This document shows, one piece after another, positions 1 to 10,431 of a stretch of 53,057 bases of DNA (its first letter is position 1; every line of letters begins with the position of its first letter). A program made the translations under genes and the position numbers. The DNA is from Paracoccaceae bacterium (lineage in GTDB: Bacteria; Pseudomonadota; Alphaproteobacteria; Rhodobacterales; Rhodobacteraceae): assembly GCA_026713305.1 (NCBI GenBank), contig JAPOOS010000315.1, positions 1 to 53,057 on the forward strand. The letters run 5' to 3'. A model generated the notes under the pieces. That model saw nothing but the letters and a program-made list of their open reading frames with translations, was not told where the DNA came from and did not search any database.

Positions 1-2193
1 CAGGTCGTTTGCGGAGCGCCGAATGCCCGAACTGGGATGATCGGCGTGTTTGCGCCGGTTGGCGCACGCGTTCCCGGCACAGGCCTCCTGCTCAAGCAGA
101 CGGCGATTCGCGGCGTGAAGAGCAGCGGGATGCTCTTGTCGGAACGCGAACTGGGGATTTCCGACAATCACGACACGGTGATTGATCTTCCAGCGGGCAC
201 TCCCCTTGGAGTCAAGTACATGGGGTTGATCGGTCGCGACGACCCGGTTGTGGAAATCGCCGTCACGCCGAATCGGCCGGATGCTCTCGGCATCCGCGGC
301 ATTGCCCGGGATCTGGCGGCCAAGGGACTGGGAACGCTGAAGCCCGACCGGCGGCCGGCGGTCAGGAGCGGCGGCCCGTGTCCGATCAGGATTGTCATTG
401 AACCCGATGTCAAGGAGCGCGGCTGTCCCGCCTTTGCAGGTCGGCTTCTCGAGGGAGTTTCCAATGGAGAGTCTCCCGATTGGCTGAAGAGCCGCATCGA
501 GGCGATTGGCCTGCGGCCGATTTCCGCTGTCGTCGACATCACCAACTACGTCACGCATGATCGAAGCCGTCCCCTGCATGCATTCGATGCCGACAAGGTG
601 CGTGGCGACATTCGCATTCATTTTGCCAGGGGCGGCGAAACCGTGGCGGCGCTGGACGGCAAGTCCTACGAACTGCAGCCGGGAATGATCTGCATATCGG
701 ACGACCAGGGGCCGGAAAGCATTGCAGGCATAATGGGGGGCGAGCCCACCGGATGCACGGCATCTACCACCCGTGTCTTTCTGGAAAGCGCCCTGTGGGA
801 TCCGGTGATCACGGCTGCCACCGGCCGAAAGCTGAAGGTCGTTTCCGATGCTCGCCACCGTTTCGAGCGAGGCGTGGATCCGGCCTACATGCTTGAGGGT
901 CTTGATTTGGCGACAAGCATGATTCTGGACATTTGCGGCGGGAAGGCTTCGGACATTGCAATGGACGGCAGCTTGCCGGATGTGGGCCACTGTTTGGCGC
1001 TGCGAACAAGCCGCGTCGAGCAGCTTGTGGGAATGGCGGTAGATGCCAATCGGCAAGTGCAGATTCTTGACGGGCTGGGGTTTTCCGCAAAGCTCAACGG
1101 CGATGCGATCAACGTCCAGGTGCCCAGCTGGCGTCCGGATGTGTTTGGCGAGGCCGACCTGGTCGAGGAAGTTGCGCGCATGGTTTCCCTGTCGAATCTT
1201 CCGGGTGTGCCGTTGCCGCGCCCGAGCGATGGCGTGACGCGTCCATGCGTCACCCGCGAACAGCGCATGGAGCGGATGGCTCGCCGGACACTGGGAATTC
1301 TGGGCTACCGGGAATGCGTGACCTATTCCTTTGTGGACCGAAAGGCGGCACGGCTGTTTGCCGACAATGACAGGCTCGTGGAGATCCAAAATCCGATTTC
1401 CTCGGAGTTGGAGACAATGCGTCCGGACCTGCTGCCGGGCCTGTTGCAGGCGGCAGCCCGCGCGCAGGCCAGGGGTTCCGGCAGCTGCGCCCTGTTCGAG
1501 AGCGGACCTGTCTTCACGGGGAGCGAGCCCGGCGAACAGTCGCTGCAGGTGACCGGGTTGCTGGTTGGCAATGCGTCCACCCGTTCACCGCATGTCGCGA
1601 CAAGGCGGGTCGATCTCTACGATGCCAGGGCGGATGCAGATGCGGTTCTTGATTCAATCGGGGCGCCTGCCGCCATCAAGACTGCCCGATGGTCCGCTGC
1701 CGGCTGGCATCCTGGCAAGACCGGCGCCGCATATCTGCGTCCCGGAACGCCGCTGGCGCTGTTTGGGGAGATTGACCCAAGAGTGTTGCGGCAACTTCGC
1801 ATCAAGGGCGGAGTGGCAGCGTTCACGGTGTTCCTCGAACGCGTGCCAAAGCCCAGGCGGCGGGAGATTGCCAGACCGGCATTGGCAGCGAGCAGCCTGC
1901 AGCCGGTCGAGCGAGACTTCTCCTTTGTTGTTGATCGGGACATCGAAGCGCAGCAGCTGGTCCGGGCTGCCGGATCGAGCTCCAGCCGAAAGTTCATCGC
2001 GGCGATTGATGTCTTCGACGAGTTTTCGGGGGACTCTGCCGAAGCGCAATTCGGAAAGGGGCGCAAGTCGCTTGCGATTTGCGTTCGCTTGCAGTCAGGG
2101 CACAAGCCGTTCAGCGATGCCGAGCTGGCGAGAATTGGCCGAGACATCGTGCAGCGGGTTGTGAAGGCCACAGGTGGAGCGTTGCGCAAGTAA
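1..2193 (+). CDS. pheT: Phenylalanine--tRNA ligase beta subunit (5' end lies upstream of window)
   Basis: ORF 37..2193 stays open in frame back to nt 1 (nt 1-36 = QVVCGAPNARTG, the tRNA-binding-domain VVCGAPN motif). VEIAVTPNRPDALGIRGIARDLAA motif, B3/4-B5-like middle and FDX-ACB-like C-terminus (RDFSFVVD...SLAICVRLQ) are present. Confidence 0.93.
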   Translation, partial: QVVCGAPNARTGMIGVFAPVGARVPGTGLLLKQTAIRGVKSSGMLLSERELGISDNHDTVIDLPAGTPLGVKYMGLIGRDDPVVEIAVTPNRPDALGIRGIARDLAAKGLGTLKPDRRPAVRSGGPCPIRIVIEPDVKERGCPAFAGRLLEGVSNGESPDWLKSRIEAIGLRPISAVVDITNYVTHDRSRPLHAFDADKVRGDIRIHFARGGETVAALDGKSYELQPGMICISDDQGPESIAGIMGGEPTGCTASTTRVFLESALWDPVITAATGRKLKVVSDARHRFERGVDPAYMLEGLDLATSMILDICGGKASDIAMDGSLPDVGHCLALRTSRVEQLVGMAVDANRQVQILDGLGFSAKLNGDAINVQVPSWRPDVFGEADLVEEVARMVSLSNLPGVPLPRPSDGVTRPCVTREQRMERMARRTLGILGYRECVTYSFVDRKAARLFADNDRLVEIQNPISSELETMRPDLLPGLLQAAARAQARGSGSCALFESGPVFTGSEPGEQSLQVTGLLVGNASTRSPHVATRRVDLYDARADADAVLDSIGAPAAIKTARWSAAGWHPGKTGAAYLRPGTPLALFGEIDPRVLRQLRIKGGVAAFTVFLERVPKPRRREIARPALAASSLQPVERDFSFVVDRDIEAQQLVRAAGSSSSRKFIAAIDVFDEFSGDSAEAQFGKGRKSLAICVRLQSGHKPFSDAELARIGRDIVQRVVKATGGALRK

Positions 2194-2320
2194 ACCGCAA
2201 ATCGAAGGCAAGACCAATCGACTGTCAATCCAAAGCCGCCGCGCTCGAATTGCGCAGCAGCCGCAGGCCAGCGCACTTTCCGGCGGGTGCCGGCGGACGC
2301 TTGAGCGTCCTGGGGCTCTC

Positions 2321-4153
2321 ATGAACCCGGCCGGTCCGCCCGAATCGATTGCCCGGAAGGCTGCACGCCGCAGCGGCCGGCGAACGATACGCAAGATGGC
2401 GCCCTACCTTTGGCCGAAGGACAGCCCTCAATCGCGGGTTAGGGTTGTGTCCGCAATGCTGGCGCTGCTGTTCGCGGAACTGTTCACCCTTGCCGTTCCG
2501 TTCATCTACAAGGCGGCGGTAGACTCGCTGACGTTGGACCAGGAGTCGGCGCCGGCCTACATAGTCGCCGTGGGCGCCGTGTTTCTGGTCATTGCCTACG
2601 GCGTGTCCCGCATGATCAATGTCGGCTTCTCTCAGTTGCGCGACGTCCTCTTTGCCGCTGTGGGCCAGAGAGCGCTGCGGCAGGTGGCGCTTGAGACGTT
2701 TCGGCACATCCACAGCCTGTCCATGCAGTTTCACCTGACCCGCAAGACCGGCGGACTGTCGAGAATCATCGAGCGCGGCGTCAAGGGCGTCGAATGGCTT
2801 CTGCGGTTCATTCTCTTCTCGGTCGGTCCCATGACATTCCAGCTGGGCATGATAAGCGTGATCCTCTTCGTTGTGCTCGGCTTCTGGTACTTCGCGACCG
2901 TCGTTGTGACCGTGGCCCTCTACGTGCTGTTTACCTTCAGGGTCACCGAGTGGCGCGTTCAGATTCGCAGACGCATGAACGAGATGGACACGGAAGCCAA
3001 TCAGAAGGCCGTGGACAGTCTCCTCAACTACGAAACGGTGAAGTACTTCGGAGCCGAGGAGCGAGAGGCGGAGCGCTACGACCGATCAATGGCCGGCTAC
3101 GAGAAGGCGGCCCTGCAAACAAGCTATTCCCTGGCCATGCTCAACTTTGGTCAGGCAGTGTTGATAAACTCGGGCATGATTGCCGCAATGCTGTTGGCCG
3201 CCGTCGGCGTGCAGAGGGGGAACCTGACGGTTGGCGACTTTGTGCTGGTCAACGCCTACATGATGCAGGTAGCCATGCCACTGAACTTTCTGGGCACGGT
3301 GTACCGGGAAATCCGTCAATCGCTGATCGACATGGGCGACATGTTCGATCTCCTCGAGCAGCCCGTCGAAATTGTCGACGCAAGGTATGCCGGACCGCTG
3401 GCGATCACCGGCGGACGCATCGAGTTCCGCGACGTCTGCTTCAAGTACGATGACCGGAGAACGATTCTGGACGGAGTCAGCTTTTGCGTGGAGCCCAGCA
3501 CGAACGTTGCAATCGTCGGGCCGTCGGGCAGCGGGAAGTCCACGATCACCAGGCTCCTGTTCCGCTTCTATGACGTGACTTCAGGATCGGTGCGGATCGA
3601 CGATCAGGATGTGAGGGACGTGACGCAGGAGAGCGTTCACGCCACCATAGGAATCGTGCCGCAAGACACGGTCCTGTTCAACGACACGATCTTCTACAAC
3701 ATTCAGTATGGCAAGGCCTCGGCCACCAGGGAGGAGATTGTCGAGGTGGCCAAGCATGCACAGCTGCATAACTTCATCAAGTCGCTGCCCGAAAAGTACG
3801 ACACGCAGGTGGGTGAACGGGGATTGAAGCTGTCCGGAGGGGAAAAGCAGCGTGTCGGCATCGCCAGGGCTCTGCTCAAGAATCCTGCAGTCCTGCTGTT
3901 CGACGAAGCGACTTCGTCGCTCGACAGCGAAACCGAGCTGGAAATCCAGGAGAGCTTTCGGCAGCTGGGAGAAGGCAGAACCGTGCTGACCATAGCGCAT
4001 CGGCTGTCGACCATTGTGGATGCCGATCAGATACTTGTCCTGGAAAGGGGGGAAATTGTCGAACGGGGCACCCATGAACAGCTGCTCGACCGGCAGGGCA
4101 GGTACGCGCACATGTGGCAGCTCCAACAGGCCGAGGAGGACATCGCTGCCTGA
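2321..4153 (+). CDS. ABC transporter fused permease/ATPase, Atm1/ABCB7-type exporter
   Basis: Hydrophobic 6-TM N-half followed by an NBD with Walker A GPSGSGKST, signature LSGGEKQRVGIARA and Walker B LLFDEATSSLD. Start is placed at ATG 2321 (610 aa) because the first 49 codons of ORF 2174..4153 overlap the pheT end and are Arg/Ala-rich. Confidence 0.85.
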   Translation: MNPAGPPESIARKAARRSGRRTIRKMAPYLWPKDSPQSRVRVVSAMLALLFAELFTLAVPFIYKAAVDSLTLDQESAPAYIVAVGAVFLVIAYGVSRMINVGFSQLRDVLFAAVGQRALRQVALETFRHIHSLSMQFHLTRKTGGLSRIIERGVKGVEWLLRFILFSVGPMTFQLGMISVILFVVLGFWYFATVVVTVALYVLFTFRVTEWRVQIRRRMNEMDTEANQKAVDSLLNYETVKYFGAEEREAERYDRSMAGYEKAALQTSYSLAMLNFGQAVLINSGMIAAMLLAAVGVQRGNLTVGDFVLVNAYMMQVAMPLNFLGTVYREIRQSLIDMGDMFDLLEQPVEIVDARYAGPLAITGGRIEFRDVCFKYDDRRTILDGVSFCVEPSTNVAIVGPSGSGKSTITRLLFRFYDVTSGSVRIDDQDVRDVTQESVHATIGIVPQDTVLFNDTIFYNIQYGKASATREEIVEVAKHAQLHNFIKSLPEKYDTQVGERGLKLSGGEKQRVGIARALLKNPAVLLFDEATSSLDSETELEIQESFRQLGEGRTVLTIAHRLSTIVDADQILVLERGEIVERGTHEQLLDRQGRYAHMWQLQQAEEDIAA

Positions 4154-4197
4154 GCGGTTGGCGTGGCTGCCGGGTGGCTGCGTCGACAGCGACGCTC

Positions 4198-5376
4198 TCA
4201 CACTCCCTTTCGCAGACGCTCGACCAGCGCGTCCATCATTGCGTCGCAGCGTCCAATCTGATTGATCGACACAAACTCGTCCGCCTTGTGTCCCTGCTCC
4301 ATCGAACCGGGACCGCAAATGACCACGGGCGCATCGAGTCGGGCGTCGAACAGCCCGCCTTCGGTGCCGAACGCAACCTTGAAGGAGTCGTTGCGCTTGA
4401 CCAGCGACTTGACGAAGGCAACCGCCGGATGTCCGGGCTTCGTGTCAAGCCCAGGGTAGCTGTTGGTTGTTTGCAGGGAAATTTCGGCCTCGGGAAATCC
4501 ATTCTTCACGCTGGCCGCCATCTTCCCCGCCTCGTCTTCGAGCGCGGCCAGCAGCCCGGTGCAGTCATGCGACGCGATGTTCCGGATCTCGAATTCGACG
4601 GCGCTTCGTTCCGGCACGATGTTGGGCGCAATGCCGCCCCGAATCCGAGCCGCGTGAATCGTCGTGTATGGAATGTCGAAATCGCGGTCGAACGGGCCGT
4701 TTGCGGCAAGCTCGCGCTGATGCCGCCGCAGGACCGCCACGAAGTCGCATGCCAGGTGCAATGCATTGAGGGCATTCGGCGCCATCGCCGTGTGCCCCCC
4801 GCGGCCAACGCAGTTGGCGGTGAGAGCGGTCTTTCCCTTGTGGCCAATGGCCACCTTCATGGAGGTGGGCTCTCCGACGATGCAGAGGCGGGGGCGCATC
4901 CCTTCGTCGGCAAGGAGCGAAATCATCCGGCGCACACCGATGCATCCGACCTCCTCGTCATAGGAAAGGCACAGCCAGAGCGGCGTTGCCAGCGAAATGC
5001 GCGCTGAAAGCAGCATGGCCCGCAGGGCGCAGGCTATGAAACCCTTCATGTCGGCGCTTCCGCGACCGTGGAGCAGGCCATCGCGCTCGGTCAGTGCGAA
5101 CGGGTCGCAAGACCATTGCTGACCGTCAACCGGAACCACGTCGGTATGTCCGGACAGCATGATGCCCGGCTGGCCGTCGGGGCCGACCGAAGCGAACAGG
5201 TTGGCCTTCGTGCCTTCGTCGTTGAACACCAGCCGGGAGGCAATGCCGGCGTCTGCCAGCGTCCGGCGGACAAAGTCGATCAGCTTGAGGTTGGAGTCGC
5301 GGCTGACCGTGTTGAAGGCAATCAGTCGTTCCAGCAATTGCCGGCTGTTGATGAATCCGTTGGTCGCATATTCCAT
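4198..5376 (-). CDS. argE: Acetylornithine deacetylase-like M20 family metallopeptidase
   Basis: ArgE-type N-terminus (LLERLIAFNTVSRDSNLKLIDFV), metal-site motifs SGHTDVVP and GRGSADMKG, and YDEEVG dimerisation-domain entry. Start is taken at Met15 (MEYATNG), 7 nt after the serA stop. Confidence 0.75.
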   Translation of the reverse strand: MEYATNGFINSRQLLERLIAFNTVSRDSNLKLIDFVRRTLADAGIASRLVFNDEGTKANLFASVGPDGQPGIMLSGHTDVVPVDGQQWSCDPFALTERDGLLHGRGSADMKGFIACALRAMLLSARISLATPLWLCLSYDEEVGCIGVRRMISLLADEGMRPRLCIVGEPTSMKVAIGHKGKTALTANCVGRGGHTAMAPNALNALHLACDFVAVLRRHQRELAANGPFDRDFDIPYTTIHAARIRGGIAPNIVPERSAVEFEIRNIASHDCTGLLAALEDEAGKMAASVKNGFPEAEISLQTTNSYPGLDTKPGHPAVAFVKSLVKRNDSFKVAFGTEGGLFDARLDAPVVICGPGSMEQGHKADEFVSINQIGRCDAMMDALVERLRKGV

Positions 5377-5383
5377 TGCGGCG

Positions 5384-6985
5384 TCATTCCTGCACGTCGA
5401 AGCGAAGCGGGCTGACATGTCTGAACAGCCCCGTGCCGCTCAGTTCCTCAACGACAATTTGGGGCACGGGGGTGTCGAGCGACAGGAGCGCAATGGCGTC
5501 CTGGTCGACCTCGGACCGGCCGAGGTTGAAGTTTGCTATGTTCACGTCATGCTTGCCGAGAATGGTACCCAGCTTGCCGATCATGCCGGGCTTGTCGGTG
5601 TTTGTCGTGTAGAGCATGTGTCGGCTGATTCCGGCATCGACGTAGATGCCCTTGATCTGGATGAAGCGCGGCCTTCCGTCGGAAAACACAGTGCCAACGA
5701 TCGTTCGCGTCAGACTGTCCGTTTCGATAGTCAGTCTGATGTAGGCATCGAAGACGCCGGACTTGGTCTGTTTCGTGGAGGACACAACAATGCCGCGCTC
5801 CTTGGCGACGGTTTCCGCCGAGACCATGTTGACGTCAGGGTTGGACACCTTGAGGATGCTGGCGATTGCCACGGCGCTCAGCGCGTCGGTGTTCATCCGT
5901 GCCGCGGCCCCGTCATACAGGAGATTGAGAGAGCGAATCGGTTCGGACGTCATCTGTCCCACGAACGACCCCAGGTGGGTTGCAAGGTTGATCCACGGCT
6001 TGAGGCGACTTGCCTCCTCGGCGGACATCGACGGCATGTTGATCGCATTGCTCACGGCTCCGTTCAACAGGAAGTCGGACATCTGCTCGGCAACCTGAAC
6101 CGCAACCTTTTCCTGGGCCTCGGTGGTTGACGCCCCGAGATGGGGTGTCGCAATCACTTGGGGAAGGTCGAGCAACGGATTGCCATGGGGAGGTTCCCGT
6201 TCGAAGACGTCGAGAGCCGCTCCCGCAACCTGTCCTGACCGGACGGCGTCAAGCAATGCAGCCTCGTCGACGATGCCGCCGCGAGCGCAGTTGACAATGC
6301 GAACCCCCACGCGTGTCTTGCGCAGCGCGCTGGCGTCAATCAGATTCCTGGTCGCGGCATTGAGCGGAACGTGGATGGTGACGAAGTCGGAACGGGCCAG
6401 CAATTCATCCATTGCCACCTTTTCGATGCCGATCTGCCGCGCCCGGTCAACGCTCAGAAAGGGGTCGTGCCCTATCACCTTCATTCCAAGTCCGAGGGCT
6501 CTCCTGCAGACGGCGGAGCCCACGTTTCCGCATCCGACGACACCGATGGTCTTGCCAATCAGTTCGCTGCCCAGGAAGCGGGACTTCTCCCACTTGCCGG
6601 ACTTCGTCGACTGGTTGGCCTGCGGGATCTGGCGGGCAACGCTGAACATCAGGGCGATGGCGTGTTCGGCGGTGGTCTCGGAGTTTCCGAAGGGTGTGTT
6701 CATGACGATCACGCCGTGCCGCGTCGCAGCCCCCAGGTCAATGTTGTCAATGCCGATTCCGGCTCGACCAACAACCTTCAGCCGCCTTGCCCGAGCCAGC
6801 AGTTCGGCGGTGACCCGGGTTGCCGAACGAACTGCAAGCCCGTCGTACCCGTCAATGATGGATGCCAGCGCAGGAGCGTCGCGGCCGATGCCAGGCCGAA
6901 AGTCCGCCTTGATTCCGCGTTCGCGGAAAATCTCGACCGCTGTCTGCGACAGCCGGTCAGACAATAGAACTCTGGTTGTCATCAT
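5384..6985 (-). CDS. serA: D-3-phosphoglycerate dehydrogenase (long form with C-terminal ASB/ACT domains)
   Basis: 533 aa. NAD-binding GVVGCGNVGS, 2-hydroxyacid dehydrogenase core (NCARGGIVDE, ATPHLGAST), and a C-terminal ACT-like regulatory region. Confidence 0.93.
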   Translation of the reverse strand: MMTTRVLLSDRLSQTAVEIFRERGIKADFRPGIGRDAPALASIIDGYDGLAVRSATRVTAELLARARRLKVVGRAGIGIDNIDLGAATRHGVIVMNTPFGNSETTAEHAIALMFSVARQIPQANQSTKSGKWEKSRFLGSELIGKTIGVVGCGNVGSAVCRRALGLGMKVIGHDPFLSVDRARQIGIEKVAMDELLARSDFVTIHVPLNAATRNLIDASALRKTRVGVRIVNCARGGIVDEAALLDAVRSGQVAGAALDVFEREPPHGNPLLDLPQVIATPHLGASTTEAQEKVAVQVAEQMSDFLLNGAVSNAINMPSMSAEEASRLKPWINLATHLGSFVGQMTSEPIRSLNLLYDGAAARMNTDALSAVAIASILKVSNPDVNMVSAETVAKERGIVVSSTKQTKSGVFDAYIRLTIETDSLTRTIVGTVFSDGRPRFIQIKGIYVDAGISRHMLYTTNTDKPGMIGKLGTILGKHDVNIANFNLGRSEVDQDAIALLSLDTPVPQIVVEELSGTGLFRHVSPLRFDVQE

Positions 6986-7016
6986 GCTTCCATTTTGCTG
7001 CCACTGCGAACATCGT

Positions 7017-8180
7017 TCAGTTTCGGCCGTCGAGCCTCCGCAACTCGATCTCGTAGGCCCATTCTATCCACGGCATGAGAGCTTCGAGATCGGAGCGCTC
7101 GACTGTTGCGCCGCACCAGATGCGCAGACCCGGCGGCGCGCTCTTGTAGGACTTGACGTCGAGGGCCACGTTTTCGGCGGACAACCTTGCGGCGACGGCG
7201 TTGGTGAAGCCGGCCATGGCAGTGTCCTGCACCTGTTCGCTAGTGAATCGAAGACAAACGCTGGTGTTCGAGCGGGTTTCGGGCCGGCGGGCCAGAAAGT
7301 CCAGCCAGGGCGTTGACTCGACAAAGCGCGCAACCACGTCCGCGTTGGCATTGGCTCGTGAAATCAGGGCCTCCCGGCCACCGATCGACCTTGCCCATTC
7401 GAGAGCGTGAACGAGATCCTCGATGCACATGAGGGAAGGAGTGTTGATGGTGGCGCCGCCAAAGATGGCGGCGTTGAACTTGCCGTTCTTCGTCAACCGG
7501 AAAATCTTTGGCATCGGCCAGGGCGGTTGCCAGCCTTCGAGCCGTTCAACGGCGCCCGGGGAAAGCACGAGCGTGCCGTGGGCTGCCTCGCCGCCGAGAA
7601 CTTTCTGCCACGAAAATGTCGTGGCATCCAGGCGGTCCCAGGGCAGATCAACGGCAAACGCCGCGGAAGTGGCATCGCATATCACCAAGCCTTCCCTCTG
7701 TCTTGAGATGAAGCTGCCGTCGGGTACACGCACGCCGCTGGAGGTTCCGTTCCAGGTGAACACCAGGTCCCGGCTGGGGTCGACGGCAGACAGGTCGGGA
7801 AGGCAGCCATAGTCCGCCAGATGAACCCTGGCATCGAGCCTGAGTTGCTCGACGGTGTCGGCAAGCCATGTACGGCCAAACGCCTCCCAGGCCAGCACAT
7901 CGACCTTGCGGGGCCCGAGCAGCGACCAAAGCGCCATCTCCACGGCGCCTGTGTCGGATGCCGGCACGATGCCCACATGAAAGTCCTGGGGCACTCCAAG
8001 CAGCTCCCTCATGAGTTCGATGGCGTGTCGAATTCTTGACATGGCAGGTTCAGCCCGATGGGACTGTCCCAGCGCCGCATCTGCGATGGCCTGCGGACTC
8101 CAGGTGGGAGGCTTTCGGCAGGGGCCAGACGAAAACCGGGGATTCTTCGGTCTGACTCGAGGTCTTTCAATCTGGCTCAC
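7017..8180 (-). CDS. serC: Phosphoserine aminotransferase (short alphaproteobacterial type)
   Basis: N-terminal RPKNPRFSSGPC motif and class V aminotransferase body, located directly upstream of serA. Start is placed at the in-frame GTG 8180 (VSQIERPRV; about 387 aa). The longest ORF extends to 8267, but that extension is non-homologous-looking. Confidence 0.88.
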   Translation of the reverse strand: MSQIERPRVRPKNPRFSSGPCRKPPTWSPQAIADAALGQSHRAEPAMSRIRHAIELMRELLGVPQDFHVGIVPASDTGAVEMALWSLLGPRKVDVLAWEAFGRTWLADTVEQLRLDARVHLADYGCLPDLSAVDPSRDLVFTWNGTSSGVRVPDGSFISRQREGLVICDATSAAFAVDLPWDRLDATTFSWQKVLGGEAAHGTLVLSPGAVERLEGWQPPWPMPKIFRLTKNGKFNAAIFGGATINTPSLMCIEDLVHALEWARSIGGREALISRANANADVVARFVESTPWLDFLARRPETRSNTSVCLRFTSEQVQDTAMAGFTNAVAARLSAENVALDVKSYKSAPPGLRIWCGATVERSDLEALMPWIEWAYEIELRRLDGRN

Positions 8181-8652
8181 GGTGACCTGCTGGAATTCAA
8201 TTCGGGAAAGCGCTGCAACGAGCCTGCTATACAGTTGGCATCCGGCAACGACAATTGGCACGACCAACGCCCGGCGCGGCCATCTTGCCTCGTGGCCCGA
8301 CCAATGTCACCGCTGCGTTCCGCAAGCGCCGGAAGCGCCGTCTTTCGCCGCGGACCATGGATTGACTGCGCAGCGCCAATGCCGTGTCGTGCATTCAGTC
8401 GAAGCTTCGGGGATGAATTCCCGGAGCGCTGTCCAATGGACGCGCCAAATGCGGGTGACGACAATTGGCTTCATTGTGACGCTCGGCATGGTATTGTCCA
8501 TCCCATGTCCGTCCGGACACATGCCGCAGAAGGTTGGACGGCATGGTTTCGCCGGCCGGTTTCGACAGGACGAGGCAGAGACTCCCTATTTGGCGGCAAG
8601 TGGAGACGCGACTGATGACAAAAGCTGACTGGCATGTGGAGGAACCCGCCGA

Positions 8653-10122
8653 ATGACGTCGATGGAACCTCAAATCCTCTTTCGCAACGCAATCCTGTAC
8701 GACGGGTCGGCAGGCCCGCCCTTCGCGGGAGACCTGGCCATTGGCGATGGGAGAATCCTGGCCATGAGCGCCGGCGAGCCGCTTGCCGAGGTCCATGCCG
8801 AACAGGAGATCGATCTGAGCGGCAAGGCGCTTGCTCCCGGTTTCATCGACGCTCACACCCATGACGATCGAGCCGTCCTGGACCATCCCGACATGGCTCC
8901 CAAGATCAGTCAGGGCGTGACGACGGTGGTGACGGGAAACTGCGGCATTTCAATAGCGCCGGTGTCGTTCGAAGACGCGCCGCCACCGCCGATGAACCTG
9001 CTCGGAGGACAGTCGGCCTATCAGTTTGAGAGCATGGCGTCATACGCCGATGCCCTTCGCCGCAAGCGTCCTTGCGTGAACGTTGTTGCGCTGGTTGGGC
9101 ACTCCGCCTTGCGGCTTGCCGTCATGGACGACGTTTCATGTCCTGCCACCGGCGACGAGATACAGCGCATGCGGGGGCTGGCTGCAAGGTCAATGGACGA
9201 AGGTGCGAGCGGGTTTTCCACCGGGCTGTTCTACAAGACGAACGAGGCTGCCGACGAGCGGGAGGTTGCAGCGGTCGGCGAGGCGATCTCCGAGAGGCAG
9301 GGCATTTACACGACACACATGAGAAACGAAGAGGACCAGGTGCTTGACAGCATCGAGGAGTCCTACCGAACCGCCAGGGCAGCGCGCCTGCCGCTTCTGA
9401 TTTCGCATCACAAGTGCGCCAATGTTGGAAACTGGGGCCGCACACGCGAAACGCTGGGCCTGATCGAAAGGCTGAGATCGCGTCATCCGATAAACTTCGA
9501 CGTCTATCCGTATGCGGCGGGCTCGACGATTCTCCGCGAGGACCTGGTGACCGACAAGTTCCGCATAGTGGTTACCTGGTCGCTGCCCCACCCCGAAATG
9601 CGCGGCCGAGACCTTTCCGACGTGGCATCGGACTGGGGTCTTTCACTGCTGGAAGCCGCGAGGAAGTTGAACCCGGCAGGCGCAATCTACTTTCAGATGC
9701 ACGAAGACGACGTGCGCCGGGTCATGGCGTCGGAACACTCGATCATAGGTTCGGACGGACTTCCTCTCGATGCACATCCGCATCCCCGACTGTGGGGAAC
9801 CTTTCCCAGAGTGATTGGCCGGTATGCGCGGGACTTGGGCTTGTTTTCGATGGAAACTGCCATCCACAAGATGACCGGCAAGACAGCTCGTATATTCGGT
9901 CTCCGGGACAGGGGCTTCCTGCGAACCGGGTTCGCCGCGGATCTGGTGGTCTTTGATCCGGCAACCATAATCGACCGTGCAACCTACGAACATCCGGAGA
10001 GAGTTTCCGAAGGCATCGAGATGGTGTTTGTCAATGGCGAGCTTGCATGTCTTGACGGCAGTTCCACATCGGCGGGGTCAGGCCGGTTGCTGAGAGGCTG
10101 GAGGGAACCGGCGCACGCTTGA
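8653..10122 (+). CDS. N-acyl-D-amino-acid deacylase (D-aminoacylase), amidohydrolase superfamily
   Basis: 489 aa. Metal-binding GFIDAHTHDD near the N-terminus, internal HMRNEED and ISHHK motifs, and GSDGLP near the C-terminus are typical of D-aminoacylases. Confidence 0.8.
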   Translation: MTSMEPQILFRNAILYDGSAGPPFAGDLAIGDGRILAMSAGEPLAEVHAEQEIDLSGKALAPGFIDAHTHDDRAVLDHPDMAPKISQGVTTVVTGNCGISIAPVSFEDAPPPPMNLLGGQSAYQFESMASYADALRRKRPCVNVVALVGHSALRLAVMDDVSCPATGDEIQRMRGLAARSMDEGASGFSTGLFYKTNEAADEREVAAVGEAISERQGIYTTHMRNEEDQVLDSIEESYRTARAARLPLLISHHKCANVGNWGRTRETLGLIERLRSRHPINFDVYPYAAGSTILREDLVTDKFRIVVTWSLPHPEMRGRDLSDVASDWGLSLLEAARKLNPAGAIYFQMHEDDVRRVMASEHSIIGSDGLPLDAHPHPRLWGTFPRVIGRYARDLGLFSMETAIHKMTGKTARIFGLRDRGFLRTGFAADLVVFDPATIIDRATYEHPERVSEGIEMVFVNGELACLDGSSTSAGSGRLLRGWREPAHA

Positions 10123-10431
10123 AATCCATCCACGTCCCCAGCGCTTCGTTGAATTTCCGGATGGGGCCGGGAAGTTCCCGGCAGGTGCACATGAGACAGG
10201 ATTGGGTTTCCCGAGCGGCTTTGGATGAAGTCGCGGCGTGTGCGAGATCCCTTCCGGCAACCAGGGCGGCTTCGGACCGGCATTCGAACAAACTCGAAAG
10301 GTCCATTGTTGCTGGCTTCAGGAGTTAGGCAGCGCCGTTCGACATCTGCTCTTCGGTCTTCTGCCGCCCCGATCCACTTTCGGGCGGACATCTCTGACCG
10401 TTCAAATGCCGAACGCCAGGCAGTGCGAAAG

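Noticed and set aside
4180-4195. Hairpin gcgtcg-acag-cgacgc between the convergent ABC exporter and argE-like genes as a bidirectional terminator
   Set aside because: It has only a 6-bp stem and no flanking T/A tract, which is too weak to call an intrinsic terminator.
5159-7316. Long + strand ORFs (323 aa at 5159-6130 and 397 aa at 6123-7316) opposite serA/serC
   Set aside because: They lie entirely antisense to genes with unambiguous motifs. Their Arg/Ala/Pro/Ser-rich low-complexity translations carry no motifs. This is the typical high-GC antisense ORF artefact.
8395-8886. 163-aa minus-strand ORF spanning the serC/D-aminoacylase intergenic region
   Set aside because: It overlaps the N-terminus of the well-supported D-aminoacylase on the opposite strand and has no motifs. 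The 470-bp divergent intergenic region itself shows only a 12-nt direct repeat (acgacaattggc at about 8245 and about 8455), which is insufficient to call anything.
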